The notes below the pieces were generated by a model. It saw only the letters and a list, made by a program, of their open reading frames with translations, was not told the DNA's origin and ran no database searches. This document shows, one piece after another, positions 12,571 through 26,348 of a stretch of 64,000 nt of DNA (its first letter is position 1; every line of letters begins with the position of its first letter). The position numbers and the translations under genes are program-made. Location of the stretch: positions 161,634,001-161,698,000 of the forward strand of contig NC_042999.1 in assembly GCF_006345805.1 (NCBI RefSeq), read 5' to 3'. Origin of the DNA: Octopus sinensis (taxonomy: Eukaryota).

Positions 12571-12789
12571 TACTCTTTTACTCTTTAACTTATTTCAGTC
12601 ATTTGACTGTGGCCATGCTGGAGTGCCGCCTTTAACCGAGCAACTTGGCCCCGGGACTTATTCTTTTGTAAGCCCAGTACTTATTCTATCAGTCTCTTTT
12701 GCCGAACCACTAAGTAACGGGGACATAAACACACCAGCATTGGTTGTCAAGCAATGCTAGGGGGACAAACAGACACACAAACACACACA

Positions 12790-12821
<32 letters not shown>

Positions 12822-12985
12822 CGATGGGCTTCTTTCAGTTTCCGTCTACCAAATCCACTCACAAGGCTTTGGTCGGCCCAAGGCTATAGCAGAAGACACT
12901 TGCCCAAGATGCCATGCAGTGGGACTGAACTAGGGACCATGTGGTTGGTAAACAAGCTACTTACCACACAGCCACTCTGGCACCT
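12571..12985 (-). mobile_element. SINE family A copy
   Basis: Matches the family consensus. Confidence 0.9.
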
Positions 12986-13319
12986 ATATATATGTATTAT
13001 ATATTGCATATATATGTTATGCTTGTATATTATCTATGTGTATATAAAAATATATATTATTACACATCAATTTGTATGTATGCATAAATATATACATTGT
13101 GTGTATATGTATGTATAAATGTTGGCATGTGTATATATGTATGTATATATACTTACATAAATATATGTATATGTCTGTATTAGGTATTATTGTATGTATA
13201 GGTTCACATATATGTGTATGTATTTTTATGTGTGTGTGTATATATGTGAGTGTATGCATGTATGTATATGTATGTAGACTCCATCAAATGCTAGAGGAGA
13301 AAGCTTGAAGTAGTTGATA

Positions 13320-14237
13320 GATTCTGTTACCTAGGTGACCAAGTCAGCTGTGGAGGTGGATGCTCCAAGAGTGTAGCTGCTAGAATAAGAATAGGCTGGG
13401 CAAATGCCTACTGCTGTTGGTAACAAAAAGGTCTCTCCCTCAGAACAAAAGGCAGACTTTATTTTGCCTGCCTGTGAATAGCCATGCTCCATGGCAAATC
13501 ACCAAGGACATGCGAAAGCTTGAAAGAAATTAACTTTGTATGCTTCACTGGATGTGCAATGTCAGTGTGCATGTATGACAGAGTTTAAGTGTCTTGACAG
13601 AAAAGTTGGGCATAAGAGGCATCAGATGTGGTGTGCAAGAGAGACAACTGCACTGGTATGACCATGTTATGCATATGGACAAGGACAGCTACATAAAGAA
13701 TCACCAACCTCTAGCTGTAGAGGGAACCTGTGGAAGGGGTAGATCCAGGAAGACATGGGAAGAGGTGGTGAAGCATGATCTTCGAGCATTGGGTCTCATG
13801 GAGGGAATGACAAATGACCGAGACCTCTTGCCGTATGTCATGCTTGAGAAAACCTATCAAGCCAAGTGAAACTGTAGTTGTGGCCGATGCCAATGTGATG
13901 TAACAGGTGCCCATGTCGGTGGCATATAAAATGTGCCCTTTGAACATTGGGCCTCACAGAGGCAATGGTAAGTCATGCTTAAAAAGACCTGTCAAGCCAA
14001 GTGAAAACATAGTCATGGCCGATTGTGGTGTCACATAATTGGCACCTATGCCGGTGACTTGTAAAATACACCCATTACACTCTTGGAATCATTGGCATTA
14101 AGAAAAGCATCCATCTGTAGAAACCATGACAAATCAGCTTGACATCTGGTGTAGCTCTCCAGCTTACAAGTTTCAGTCAAATTGTCTCTAACCCATGTCA
14201 GCATGGAAAGCAGACACTTAATGATGATGATGATGAT
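13320..14237 (+). mobile_element. RTE LINE 3' fragment (decayed)
   Basis: ORF 13594-13869 reads QERQLHWYDHVMHMD..GRGRSRKTWEEVVKHDL, followed by 3' UTR and (GAT)n. Confidence 0.85.
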
Positions 14238-14251
14238 TATATATATACGAA

Positions 14252-14420
14252 TAGGCACAGGAGTGGCTGTGTGGTAAGTAGCTTGCTTACCAACCACATG
14301 GTTCCGGGTTCAGTCCCACAGCATGGCATCTTGGACAAGTGTCTGCTACTATAGCCTTGGACCGACCAATGCCTTGTGATTGGATTTGGTAGACGGAAAC
14401 TGAAAGAAGCCTGTCGTATT

Positions 14421-14492
<72 letters not shown>

Positions 14493-14727
14493 TATGTGTG
14501 TGTGTATGTGTTTGTGTGTCTGTGTTTGTCCCTCTAGCATTGCTTGACAACCGATGGTGGTGTGTTTACGTCCCCGTCACTTAGCGGTTCGGCAAAAGAG
14601 ACCGATAGAATAAGTACTGGGCTTACAAAGCATAAGTCCCGGGGTCGATTTGCTCGACTAAAGGCAGTGCTCCAGCATGGCCGCAGTCAAATGACTGAAA
14701 CAAGTAAAAGAGTAAAGAGTAAAGAGA
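14252..14727 (+). mobile_element. SINE family A copy with expanded (TA)n
   Basis: Matches the family consensus. Confidence 0.9.
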
Positions 14728-15797
14728 ATGTAGGCATATGTATGTATCTGATATTTTCCATTGATAACCCTTTTTTCTACCACTTATCATTCACTAATCC
14801 CTGAAGCATTCCTTGCTGGACCCATACTTCACTCTTGACACTGTCTCATATCTGTCAATGACCTGTTATTATTACATTCCCCTTTACACATCTCTGACCA
14901 CCTCTTATCATTATATACCTCCCCCTCTCCCCCTTCCCAAACTGTTGCAACCTTCACCCATCCACCACCACCCACCACCTCTTTATTTCTCGTTTTTCTC
15001 CTACCTATTATATTAGTATTATTTTGCTACACTTCATCCTTTTTTGTATGCCCAGTTATCACCTCTCCACTGGGATACTTCTATTGATATCCACCCCTCA
15101 ATCTCATCCCGTTTCCCCAGCTCATATTTACCTTCAACTGTCATTGCACCCTTATTCTCCATTCATACATTCAACCTCCCCCCTCCCCACCATCTGCAGC
15201 CATTTCTTACTCTCTCTAACACCTTGGTAATTTCTATCAGCCAACCTTTCCTGATCTTCTGATCCACCATTCTTCTATTCGCATTCTTGTACTTTGAGGG
15301 CACACTCTGACCCCTCATAGTTACCATCTATATCTCTCTTTCCAGTTCTACTCCAATTACTCCCATCCGAGTTTATGCGAGGTAACCATATATCTTCTCC
15401 TTCTTTCTCTACACCTGTTCATGTCCATTCTATTATACTTTAACCTATCGATCCTTAGCACTACCCCCCCCCATCTCCGCTCTACTACTCTCCTTTTCAT
15501 TTGAGGGGCCTTGCAAGTTACATGGTAATCTCACTAGTGCTGGTGCTATGATAAAAGCACATCGCACATATTGTTAAGTGGTTGGATTTAGGAAAGGCAT
15601 CCAGCCATAGAAGCCATGCCAAAGCAGACACTGGAGGAAAATGCAAGTCTTTTAACTGATAAGACCCTGTTGAACCATCCAACCCATGCCAACATGGAAA
15701 TTAGGTATTAAACGATGATGAAGATATGTATAAGTCAGAAAAATAGGCACTTGTATATTTGTCATTAGAGTGGCTTTATTAATTATAAAGTATAAAA

Positions 15798-16010
15798 TAT
15801 TATAGATCCATTTCAACCAATCTTACCTCAGTTTCACATAGACTGTTAGGTAATTAATTACCTGAAACCGTAAAGCAGCTGGTATGGAAAAAAATCATCA
15901 TTTATTCCATACTGGCTACTTTGATGAGTGTGGTTTTAGGTGATCATCTAATTACCTAATATTGTGTGCAAAACCAATTGGTAAGATCAGCTGAAATGGA
16001 TTTGTAATAC
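15798..16010. mobile_element. Palindromic (foldback) MITE-like element
   Basis: Imperfect arms: TATTATAGATCCATTTCAACCAATCTTACC...TTAGGTAATTA...AAAGCAGCTGGTATGGAA versus TTCCATACTGGCTACTTT...TAATTACCTAA...GGTAAGATCAGCTGAAATGGATTTGTAATA. Confidence 0.65.
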
Positions 16011-16425
16011 TCTTTTACTCTTTTACTCTTTTACTTGTTTCAGTCACTTGACTGCAGCCATGCTGGAGCACCGCCTTTAATCGAGCAACTCGACCCCAGG
16101 ACTTATTCTTTTGTAAGCTCAGTACTTATTCTATTGGTCTCTTTTGCCGAACCGCTAAGTAATGGGGACATAAACACACCAGCATTGGCTGTCAAGCAAT
16201 GCTAGGGGGACAAACACAGACACAAAAACATAGACACGCATACATATATATATACATATATACGATGGGCTTCTTTCAGTTTCCGTCTACCAAATCCACT
16301 CACAAGGCTTTGGTCGGCCCGAGGCTATAGTAGAAGACACTTGCCCACAGTGCCACGCAGTGGGACTGAACCCAGGACCATGTGGTTGGTAAACAAGCTA
16401 CTTACCACACAGCCATGCCTGCGCC
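16008..16425 (-). mobile_element. SINE family A copy
   Basis: Matches the family consensus. Confidence 0.9.
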
Positions 16426-16469
16426 TACTGTTTATATCATGATGAAAATACACACACATGAATACACAT

Positions 16470-16505
<36 letters not shown>

Positions 16506-16542
16506 ACATATTCACAGACACATTTGTACACTGATGTCTTAC

Positions 16543-16627
16543 CTTTGATAGTAATGCATCTTGCTTTTTTGGTATTCAGTTATAGAATAAGACTCCTTAT
16601 CCATTGATTCTCCATAAACAATTAAAG
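16543..16627 (-). CDS. Putative internal exon D (85 nt, phase 1 to phase 2)
   Basis: Strong donor AAG|GTAAGA and a weaker acceptor ctcctattcttttgaAG. It reads (A)LIVYGESMDKESYSITEYQKSKMHYYQ(S) and joins exon C to the long frame of exon E. Confidence 0.5.
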
Positions 16628-17147
16628 CTTCAAAAGAATAGGAGATTGAAATTACCTGTTGTAGACAATAAAATTTAAGTGGAATTTCATACTAGAAATG
16701 CTTAAAGGATACTTTTGATGTATTTTCTCAAGAAAGTGAATTGAGGAAATATCAAAATGATGGAATAGACAAGAGACATGATACAATGGTGCTTGTTGAA
16801 TATGGTGTTGCAAAAGTGGATGTGTTAAGGGTGGTGGAAGGTTTGATCAAAGTGAGAGGAGTTTAATATGAAGCAACAATAATAGCAATACAGTTGCTAC
16901 CATCATGAGTTTTAATATTATCATTATAGATGAAAGACTTAGACCCTGAATCCACAATTATAGTCACCATTTGATATGAGTTCTGAGGTAAATAAGATAG
17001 ATCTCTAAAGAAACCATGTTCAAACTGGTCAGATTCATCATCTCAAATGGGCTTTATGATGTCATTCTGAACATAACCAATCATAATCATTGAAATCTTA
17101 AGGCTGTGAGACAATGCAGAATTAATTCAAAACCTCCTCAAATCCCA

Positions 17148-17561
17148 TCTTTTATCTTTTAGTTGTTTCAGTCATCAGACTGCGGCCATGCTGGAGTGCT
17201 GGCTTGAAGAGTTTTTAGTTAAATGAATCAACCACAGTACTTTTTTTTTTAAAGCCTGGTACTTGTTCTATTGATCTCTTTTGCCAAACCACTAAGTTAT
17301 GGGGATGTAAATACACCAACACTGGATGTCAGGCAATAGTGGGGGACAAACAGTCACACATACACACACACACACACATACACACACACATGTATATACA
17401 ACAGGCTTCTTTCAGTTTCCATCAACCAAATTCACTCACAAGGCTTTGGTTGGCCCAAGGCTATAGTAGTAGACACTTGCCAAGGTGCCATGCAGTGGAA
17501 CTGAACCCAGAACCATGTGTTTGGGTAGTAAGCTTCTTACCACACAGCTACACCTGTGCCT
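17148..17561 (-). mobile_element. SINE family A, older diverged copy
   Basis: Colinear with the consensus but more substituted. Confidence 0.8.
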
Positions 17562-17923
17562 ACAACTTCAAAAAAAAATCATAGTTTGAATGCCTTTAAT
17601 TATAGGTTTGCTGAGTCAAGGCTGATTTGGGATTAAACAAGAGAAAATATGCAACCTGATTCTAGAAATTTGACATTATGAGATGTACCAGGACCTCTTA
17701 ATTTTGAACATAGTAAAGGTAGATGGAAATTGTGCTATTGACAAATCTGGTACTGAGAGAATAAGATATAAAAAGAATGGAATGTGTTGCTATTGATAAA
17801 CTTGTACTGTAAACATGAGTTGTAATGCGGAAACTCATATTTAGAACATCTATACCTGTCAGAGGATATGTATCTTCTTGCTAGGAGGAAGGAGGTGATG
17901 GAATGAATACTACACTAACTATA

Positions 17924-18309
17924 CTGTGTGGTAAGTAGCTTGTTTACCAACCACATGGTTCTGGGTTCAGTCCCACTGCGTGGCACCTTGGGCAAGTGTC
18001 TTCTACTATAGCTTCGGGCCGACCAAAGCCTTGTGAGTGGATTTGGTAGGCGGAAACTGAAAGAAGCCCGTCGTATGTATGTATATATATATATATACGT
18101 GTGTGTGTTTGTGTGTCTGTGTTTGTCTCCTTAGCATTGCTTAACAACCGATGCTGGTGTGTTTATGTCCGTTCGGCAAACGAGACCGATAGAATAAGTA
18201 CTGGGCTTACAAAAGAATAAGTCCCGGGGTCGAGTTGCTCGATTAAAGGCGGTGCTCCAGCATGGCCACAGTCAAATGACTGAAACAAGTAAAAGAGTAA
18301 AAGAGAGTA
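17924..18309 (+). mobile_element. SINE family A copy, slightly 5'-truncated
   Basis: Matches the consensus from CTGTGTGGTAAGTAGC onward. Confidence 0.88.
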
Positions 18310-18460
18310 TACTAAAATGAATTGATGGATGAAAGACTTGTGGTCAAAAATAGGTCTTTTTAACATGTACACCAGAACTAATACTCATGCACGCATATTT
18401 TTAATGATAAAACCCCCAAATGGGAAATACTATTATAAACATCTTTCCATTCATGCATGC

Positions 18461-18501
<41 letters not shown>

Positions 18502-18932
18502 CGTATATGTCATTGTCATCATCATCATCATTTAAAGTTTTTTTTTTCCATGTTGGCATGGGTTCCCACCGATGCCAACATGACAAGTTTAACAAGAACA
18601 GATGAACCAGAGGGCTCCACTAGGTTCTGTGTCTGCTTAGGCTTGGTTGTTACAGTTGGATGCCTTTTGTAACACCAACCACGTAATAGAGTGTACTAGG
18701 TGTTTTTCGCATGGTACCAGCACCAGTGAGATCACTAAATACCCACAAGGTAAGACCCCTCAACTGAGCAGAGTATAGACTGAAGGAATAAGAAACTAAG
18801 ATAGAGGGAGAAGGGCAGGTATCTTGCTGAAGAGGGAAATACATGGTTTGTCCACCTGGAAATTAAGAGAAAGAGAAAGATGTGAGGTCCAGGTATAACA
18901 TGAATATGAGACAGGCTAGGACATATATAACA

Positions 18933-19296
18933 CTTACTCTTTTACTCTTTTACTTGTTTCAGTCATTTGACTGCGGCCATGCTGGAGCACCACCTTTAGT
19001 CGAGCAAATCGACCCCAGGACTTATTCTTTGTCCCCCTAGCATCGGTTGTCAAGCAATGCTAGGGGGACAAACACACACACACACACAAACACATACACA
19101 TATACACATATATATATATATATACATATATACGACAGGCTTCTTTCAGTTTCCGTCTACCAAATCCACTCACAAGGCATTGGTCGGCCCGGGGCTATAG
19201 CAGAAGACACTTGCCCAAGATGCCACGCAGTGGGACTGAACCTGGAACCATGTGGTTGGTTAGCAAGCTACTTACCACACAGCCACTCCTGCGCCT
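18933..19296 (-). mobile_element. SINE family A copy with internal deletion
   Basis: Lacks the TAAGCCCAGTACTT...AAACAC segment at ~19032. Confidence 0.88.
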
Positions 19297-19458
19297 ATAC
19301 AAAACTTGTATAGAAAACACAAATAGCAATGTTTATGACATTATACCAGTGGGTAGATGATAATGATGATGATGATACAATGGCAATGATGGCACCACAC
19401 CTGGCCTATTTCCCCACACAGAGCCTCCCACACACACACACACATACTCTAGACTTAC

Positions 19459-19586
19459 CTTTGGGAAAACGCCGAGTAGAAAGTAATATATCAGGTGATG
19501 TCACCATTCTCTTTGGTTGTGGTGTTGTTGCACCTGCTGTTCCACACATTGGCCTTGCTGTGGTTGCACGATGTAGTTTCAGATTT
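19459..19586 (-). CDS. Putative internal exon C (128 nt, phase 2 to phase 1)
   Basis: Acceptor tgttattgtAG and consensus donor AAG|GTAAGT. Only one frame is open: NLKLHRATTARPMCGTAGATTPQPKRMVTSPDILLSTRRFPK. Confidence 0.7.
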
Positions 19587-19919
19587 CTACAATAACATAT
19601 TTACTAATATTACAATTTTGGAAAAATAAAAATAAAAAAATATAACTTTGATCATCTATTTCATAGGTGCTATTATCCTCACAATAACCACAACTACATC
19701 AGTTCTTTTCATTGTTATCAGAGTTATTTCTTCAATCAGGAGATAAAGAAAATGTAGAGTATCCACAATTTCAACCAGTTGGCAACACAAATCACAAATA
19801 TGTGATTTGCACTGTCCACTTATATAGGACACCTTATCAGAGATCTACTTACCAGAAGCTGAATGCATCCTTCCTTGTACACACACATGCACACACAAAA
19901 TAAACCTTTCAGTGACTAG

Positions 19920-20920
19920 ATTAGTGAATTAGTTAAGTGGAACTTGATAGGGCCAATTATCAGCAATGTGTGGTGTGTTGTTCTGAAGAATGAGATTAGA
20001 GCAGAATTGATTGGGTATACCAAAGAAGGAAAGATAAAGGAAAACAAATTAGAAGCAAACAAGTGAGAACATTCGAAGAGGTTAGTAGGAAAGGTATCAT
20101 GGCTAATGATGAGAATGGTCTTCAAAAATTTCTTCAATGTGATAGACAAAATTGGGGTTGTCAGAACTAAAGTGTGTTCTTTTTATACAAGTAAAAATGA
20201 AAGCTTTTATTATCCAAGCCCTGTAAATGGGTTCAATTAACAAAGGCAACAAAGGCTCCATTAGGTCTTTGGCAAACCAAGATGAATACAAACTCAAGTA
20301 TAGACAGATGTGTGTAGATTTCCAGTAACTCTTTACTTAAATGTTCAGAGCAACCACTGGTAGCTATGGACAAGTAATGAACTTTAGTACTTATCTCAAT
20401 GGCCTGTCACAGTTCTTGACAGAAGACATAAGGTACTATAGAAAGCCAATAACAACAGCTGGGATATGGTTGGTGATAAGTGATTGTAAGAGGAGCAAAT
20501 TGCTGATCCCCTAGCTTGGATGGGTCTGCTCATTGAACTTTATATATACATGCAAGAGATGTTTGCTGAGGTCTTAGTGGACATCTACAGCAACTGGCAG
20601 CAGAACAGGGCTATTTCCAGTTTTGTTAGCCAAGGACTGATAGCACAAGTGAGGAAGGATGTAAACAAAAGAAGCATCAATAATTTCCAGTCGATAACTC
20701 TGCTGAATACAAAATTTAAGACTTGGCCTAGGAACTAGCAAAGTGGGTGGTGCTTATTGCCAGTACTGGGGTCAGGGAATGCACAGTCCTGAGTGAGCCC
20801 AGCAAGGCCTATCCATGACAATCTCTACCTCATCTGATACAATGTAATACAGAATGGATAACAAACCTGACTTTGACAGAACTTATCAAATTGCATCTAT
20901 AAATAGCTTTCAATATGGGT
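19920..20920 (+). pseudogene. Decayed L1/Tx1-like LINE ORF2 fragment (further remnant ~21970-22340)
   Basis: ORF 20520-20738 (GLLIELY..VLVDIYSNWQQ..RKD..INNFQSITLLNTKFK) resembles L1/Tx1 RT N-terminal motifs (GLPYEFY, NFRPITLLN). Confidence 0.65.
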
Positions 20921-21254
20921 GGCCTTATGCCAGGTTTTGAAAGGGTAAAATATGATAAAGGCTTAAAGCCACCCACCTCCACTTTCCCCTTCCAAATATT
21001 TCTTCATAGTTGTGGGAGCTTTTTCCCTTTCCTTTTCCTCTATTCTATTCTGTTTTGCAAATTACATAGCAACCTCACTAGTGCCAGTGCCACATAAAAG
21101 CACCCATTACACTCTATAAAGTGGTTGGCATTAGGAAGGGCATTCAACGGTAGAAACTATGCCAAAGATGACCCTGGAGCTTGGCACAGCCCTGCAGTTA
21201 ACCAGTACCCTTTCAAACCATCCAACCTCTACCAGCATGGAAATTGGACATTAA

Positions 21255-21380
21255 ATGATGATGATGATGATGATGATGATGGTGGTGATGATGGTGGTGG
21301 TGGTGGTGGTGGTGATGATGATGATGATGATGATGGTGATGGTGGTGGTGGTGGTGGTGATGATGATGATGATGATGATA
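21255..21380. repeat. Compound (GAT)n/(GGT)n microsatellite grown from an RTE tail (tail ~21065-21255)
   Basis: Visible trinucleotide runs directly after CAGCATGGAAATTGGACATTAAAT. Confidence 0.9.
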
Positions 21381-22780
21381 ACTATGCTATCTGTTTCCAT
21401 ATAAAACTTTTTTCAATTCAACATATAATTTTCGCCTTTTTACTGCCCAATCTGTTAACTTCATTTTCTTTCCAAGCAACACACACTCACTCTTTCTCTC
21501 CCTCTCTCTCACTCTCTCTGCTGCTCTCTTCTGACTTTATTCAATTGCATGATTATATAGGTTATTAATACTAAAATGTACAAATATATTCGTTGATGAA
21601 AAGTAATGCAGAGGAAATAAGTTATACAATCACATGAATTCAAAACTACAGTAAGTCTTTCAATGTGATTTGTGCCGATCACTTAAAGAGGAAGGAAGTT
21701 GTGGAAAGGGAGACCTAGGAAGACATGAGATGGTTTCAAAATGCTGATCCTTGTGAAGGAGATGATAGAAGACTGAGATATGTGGTGCATTGCAATACTC
21801 AAGAAGACCTGCCCATCACAACAGAACTGAGATCCTAAAGTCAAGGTGCCACATAAAAATCATTGGTATTTATACTGGTGCCATGTAAAAAGCACCCAGT
21901 TCACTCTGTAGAGTGGTTGGTGTTAGGAAATTAGGTTAAACATGTTAGGAAAATTACTCAAATTGGCAATCAAATGTGGAAATATCATTGACAGAGCCTC
22001 AGCCAGCTTTAAGTGAAGGACAAGGCAGGAAACCTGGCATAGGGAATGTTGTTAGCTCTCTACCAGTCAGACTTGTAGCTGGTAGAACTTCCACATTAGA
22101 TTTCTATAGAGAACTTATAGTAAGGATTGATGATGATATTCTAGAAGAAACTCTGGATATCAATGACATCCAACTGGCTGGTCTGTTCTGGAGGGATTCT
22201 AGCTGAAAGATTATGGATAATTACCAGAAATTTTAAGCCTATCAGTATTATCTGTTAGTTAGGCAGAGATGCATGCAAAACAATTAAACCATTTTATGTG
22301 CTTTTGTTCAGTACCTGAACCTTACTAATTTGTGGAGTTTTAATGAATAGCTATCATCATTATAGCTTCTCGGAGAAGAAGGTAAGAGTGATGAGGGAGA
22401 TACAGATCTCCAGGAAATTAAAACCTCCCAATGTTTAAAAACCATGTGCTATTCTATCATACCATTTCTGTCTTTCCCCACCTCACTATTTCTTCCTTTC
22501 TGCCTCTCTTCTTCTCTATGTCTTTTTCCTTCTTCCCCTCTTTTCTTCATTTGTAAGTTTTTTTGTTTTTGTTTTTGTTTTTTTTTGTTTTTTGCCTAAA
22601 TCCACACTTTATCTATAACTAGGTAACTTAATATTATTATTGATAATCTAATAATCAGTTATTTCTTGAAAGCATTCTATATTTTTCTCTTTAGAAAATC
22701 CATATTATCTTAAATTTTCTCTTCCCAAATTTTAAAATCATTTATCTTTGATGTGCTCATCTCTCTCATAATGCACTCAC

Positions 22781-22969
22781 CTTGGTAACTAGCACCATGG
22801 TGTCAGCTTCTCTATGAGGTTGCCCTTGTAGAATCCTTATTTCTATGGATCCCCTATTTCCACACTTCCTCTTAATTCCATGCTTACATAAACTTTCTTG
22901 TCCTTTAACATACACAAGGTTACTAAAACAAGGAACCACCATGTCAATAATAATTTGTTGTAATTGTGA
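22781..22969 (-). CDS. Possible exon B (189 nt, open only in phase 0)
   Basis: Acceptor ccattgttctcccAG, donor AAG|GTGAGT and 63 open codons. Its phase does not fit the neighbouring exon candidates. Confidence 0.3.
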
Positions 22970-24048
22970 CTGGGAGAACAATGGCAAATCAATAAAATAT
23001 ACAGACAGGTTAGCTATGTGTGAGAACCTTCTGACTGTCATGAAATAGTAAATCACACAAACATTTTTTCCTTTCAGATGCAGTAGTCAGACACCAACCC
23101 ACCATAACTGGAAACCCTCTTCATCTTATCAGTTCCAAAACTTCAGGGCTGCTGCCATCAACATCAGCAATGTGAAATGTAATCAGGAGAGACTGTGAAG
23201 ATGCTAGGGTGGAGGTGACTGGATTTATACTGTGGACAGAAAGTAAACAGGGGAGGGGCCCCAGCCAGACTTCTCAAGAGCAAGGAACAAAAATACAGTA
23301 TATTGTTTATTAAAAAAATGAATAAAATAATTGAGATAGAGTATGTGATAGTTAACTGAGGTACTTGCTTAGTACCAAGTAAACTCAACTACTGACAGAT
23401 AAAATTGTTTTATTTAATAACTCCAGTGACAGGACACAAATTGCCAATCTTTCAGCTATTTCTCCAATGAACTATGAAGTTAGAGAGTTTAACTCCTCAT
23501 GGCATCTGAACTTATCAAACTCTTTGAAAACTCTCCTAGGGTTTTATTACCGATAAGACAAACCGTCACAAGTTTCTTCACATTTTATCTTATATCATAT
23601 TGTCAATGATCCAAAAGAAATCATTACGAGTAAAGGAACTGTGTTGTCTAATGATAAGGAAATGTGTGAAACAGGAAATCAATAAAAGGAGGAGATATCC
23701 TGTTCATTATGTGACAGAGGAAAACTGGTTGTTGATTAGTGCTTAAGTCTTTAAGTTGACCAAGTTCTTGATCAGCTTCTAAACCCTCATTATAAATAGA
23801 TGGAATTAATGAAGGATGGTGGGATGCTGGCAACTCTCTTCTCTAATTAAGCATTATTTAGCATGCAATTAAGTGGTGATGTCCACATGGGGTTATGGAC
23901 TTAGTGTGTATGTATATGAGAAATTGAGTTATTGAGGTGGCTTCACACAATGTTGGATGGACACACATGAACACACATTCTCATACCTACATGCACGCAA
24001 AGATAGACAAATGAATACTTGAATATAGGTTTTCATACAAACATACAT

Positions 24049-24079
<31 letters not shown>

Positions 24080-24444
24080 TACATACTTACATACATACAT
24101 GTACAAATGCATATATACAATATGCATACACACACACACACACACACACTGGAACATGTCCAAACACAGGTCTGGCAATTTGTACTAAATCTTCTTATTG
24201 TCATTGTTCTAGTAGGTGGTGGAGCTGGTAGTGGTGTAGTGGAGTGTTGTGATGGTGGTAGTGCTATGGTGTGGTCATGGTGCAGATGATGGTGGCAGAG
24301 ATAGCAGTGTGATGTGATGATCGTTATTGTTATTTAACTCCAAGTCAACTTTGATTAAGCAGACCTATGATCAAAGTCACTCCAGCTATGATCAACCTGC
24401 CTTTTTCTTATGTATAAGGAACCTAGACTATATTATCCATCATG

Positions 24445-25322
24445 GAGGCAGTGATGCCAAGTCAAGTGAAATTGTAGTCGTGGCCGATGCCAGCGTTGCG
24501 TAACTGGTCAATATGCGGTGCTTGTGAATACCTGTTGAAGAGAGTGAAATTGTAGTCATGGCTGATGCCAGTGCTGTCTGACTGGCACCCATGCCAGTGG
24601 CATGTAAAAAGCACTGTTCAAGCGTTGGGCCTCATGGAGGCAGTGACAAGTGACCAAGACCTTCTTGGTCACTCTATGCCTGTGTTGACCAGTCAAGCCA
24701 AGTGAGACTGTAACCATGGCTGGTGGCATGTAAAAAACACTCACTATACTCACTATAGGCGCAGGAGTGGCTGTGTGGTAAGTAGCTTGCTAACCAACCA
24801 TATGGTTCCGGGTTCAGTTCCACTGCATGGCATCTTGGGCAAGTGTCTTCTGCTATAGCCCCGGGCCGACCAAAGCCTTGTGAGTGGATTTGGTAGACAG
24901 AAACTGAAAGAAGCCTGTCGTATATATGTATATATATGTGTGTGTGTGTGTTTGTGTGTCTGTGTTTGTACCCCTAGCATTGCTTGACAACCGATGCTGG
25001 TGTGTTTACATCCCCGTCACTTAGCGGTTCAGTGAAAGAGACCGATAAAATAAGTACTGGGCTTACAAAGAATAAGTCCTGGGGTTGATTTGCTCGACTA
25101 AAGGCGGTGCTCCAGTATGGCTGCAGTCAAAATGACTGAAACAAGTAAAAGAGTAAAGAGAGTATACTCTTGAAGGGGTTAGCGTTAGGAAGGGCATCCA
25201 ACTGTAGAAACCTTACTAAATCAGATCAGAACCTGGTGCAGCCCCCTCAGCTTACCAGTTCTCAGTCAAACCGTCCAACCCATATCAGCATGGAAAGCAG
25301 ACATTAAACAATGATAACGATG
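24445..25322 (+). mobile_element. RTE 3' UTR and tail split by a SINE
   Basis: The UTR repeats end at CACTATACTC (~24750) and the tail resumes at TATACTCTTGAAGGGGTTAGCGTTAGGAAGG (~25163). Confidence 0.75.
24757..25163 (+). mobile_element. SINE family A copy
   Basis: Matches the family consensus. Confidence 0.9.
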
Positions 25323-25616
25323 CTATTTTTTTGTTTAGATAATTGGGTGTGATTTAAGAGAGATTTGGCTGCTCTTTCTGGTGGTGGTGGTGGTGGTGCT
25401 GCTGTTGCTGGTGCTGGTGATGCTGATGATGCTGGTGGTGTAGCACAGCTGCCATCATCATTGTCGTCATTGCCTGGCAGATTTGTCTTAATCTTCTAAC
25501 CACTATCATAGCAGACATTGGTATGAAAGTGTTGCTTATAGCAGTATGATGTCAATTGTAGTGGTTTGTTAGTACTGGTTGGAGATGGGGGGATGTGGTG
25601 TTGGGTGTGGTTGTTG

Positions 25617-25826
25617 TTTAACCATATCCGGCCAAAAGTATTCTGCCTGTTTTATGTTCAAACTGGCCAGATCTGGTCTCTCACACCAACCCTACAATAT
25701 CGTTTTAAAAATTAACAATTACCTCATCAGACTCTCAAAGCTACAAGATAATGCATGATTCATTCAAAACAAGGTGGATGAAAAAGCATTAATTTTGGTA
25801 GAATAATGCGAACACTAAAGGGTTAA
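25617..25826. mobile_element. piggyBac-type MITE, partial second copy of 36139-36359 in the opposite orientation
   Basis: Ends ACACTAAAGGG|TTAA. The body is the reverse complement of the 36.1-kb copy. Confidence 0.75.
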
Positions 25827-26348
25827 ACTCAAGTCAGCCATAATTAAACAAACTATGCAATTCCTGTGGTTTTTTAAGAGTATGTTGGACTATTTATTTA
25901 ACATATCTTACCATTTTTGTAAGATGTTAGGGTATGATTTGAGGGAGATTTGGCTAATTTATTTCCTAGCAAGTAGTCTTCTTCACTGGGTGTGGTGATT
26001 TGCAATAAAACGGTGTTGCTGGTGCAGGATAGTATAATCTGTGGCAGTGTTTGGCGGTGGTCATGTGTGTTTGTTGTTATGCACTTCCAATCATTACTGG
26101 TCAATCAGATCTATGACATGCAATTAGTTTGGACAAATAGCAGAGTATGATCCACAGATTCAATGTTCCAAATATATTGTCTAATTGAGGATCCACACAC
26201 TATAAACACTGCTTTTCTTCCACTGTCCAGTATGTTTTTTGTATGTCTATTAGTATCGTAATTGTTTAGCTCCAGGTCAGCCCTGATTAAACAGATTTGT
26301 GATCAAAGTTACTCCAATTGTTACTAATCTATCTCGTATAAGAACTAC

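Noticed and set aside
21125-21568. Asp/Gly-rich 147-aa ORF
   Set aside because: It is an RTE tail plus (GAT)/(GGT) microsatellite.
23079-23173. Plus-strand exon candidate after ttttcctttcAG
   Set aside because: It is a short frame ending in a stop, with no partner exons found on the plus strand.
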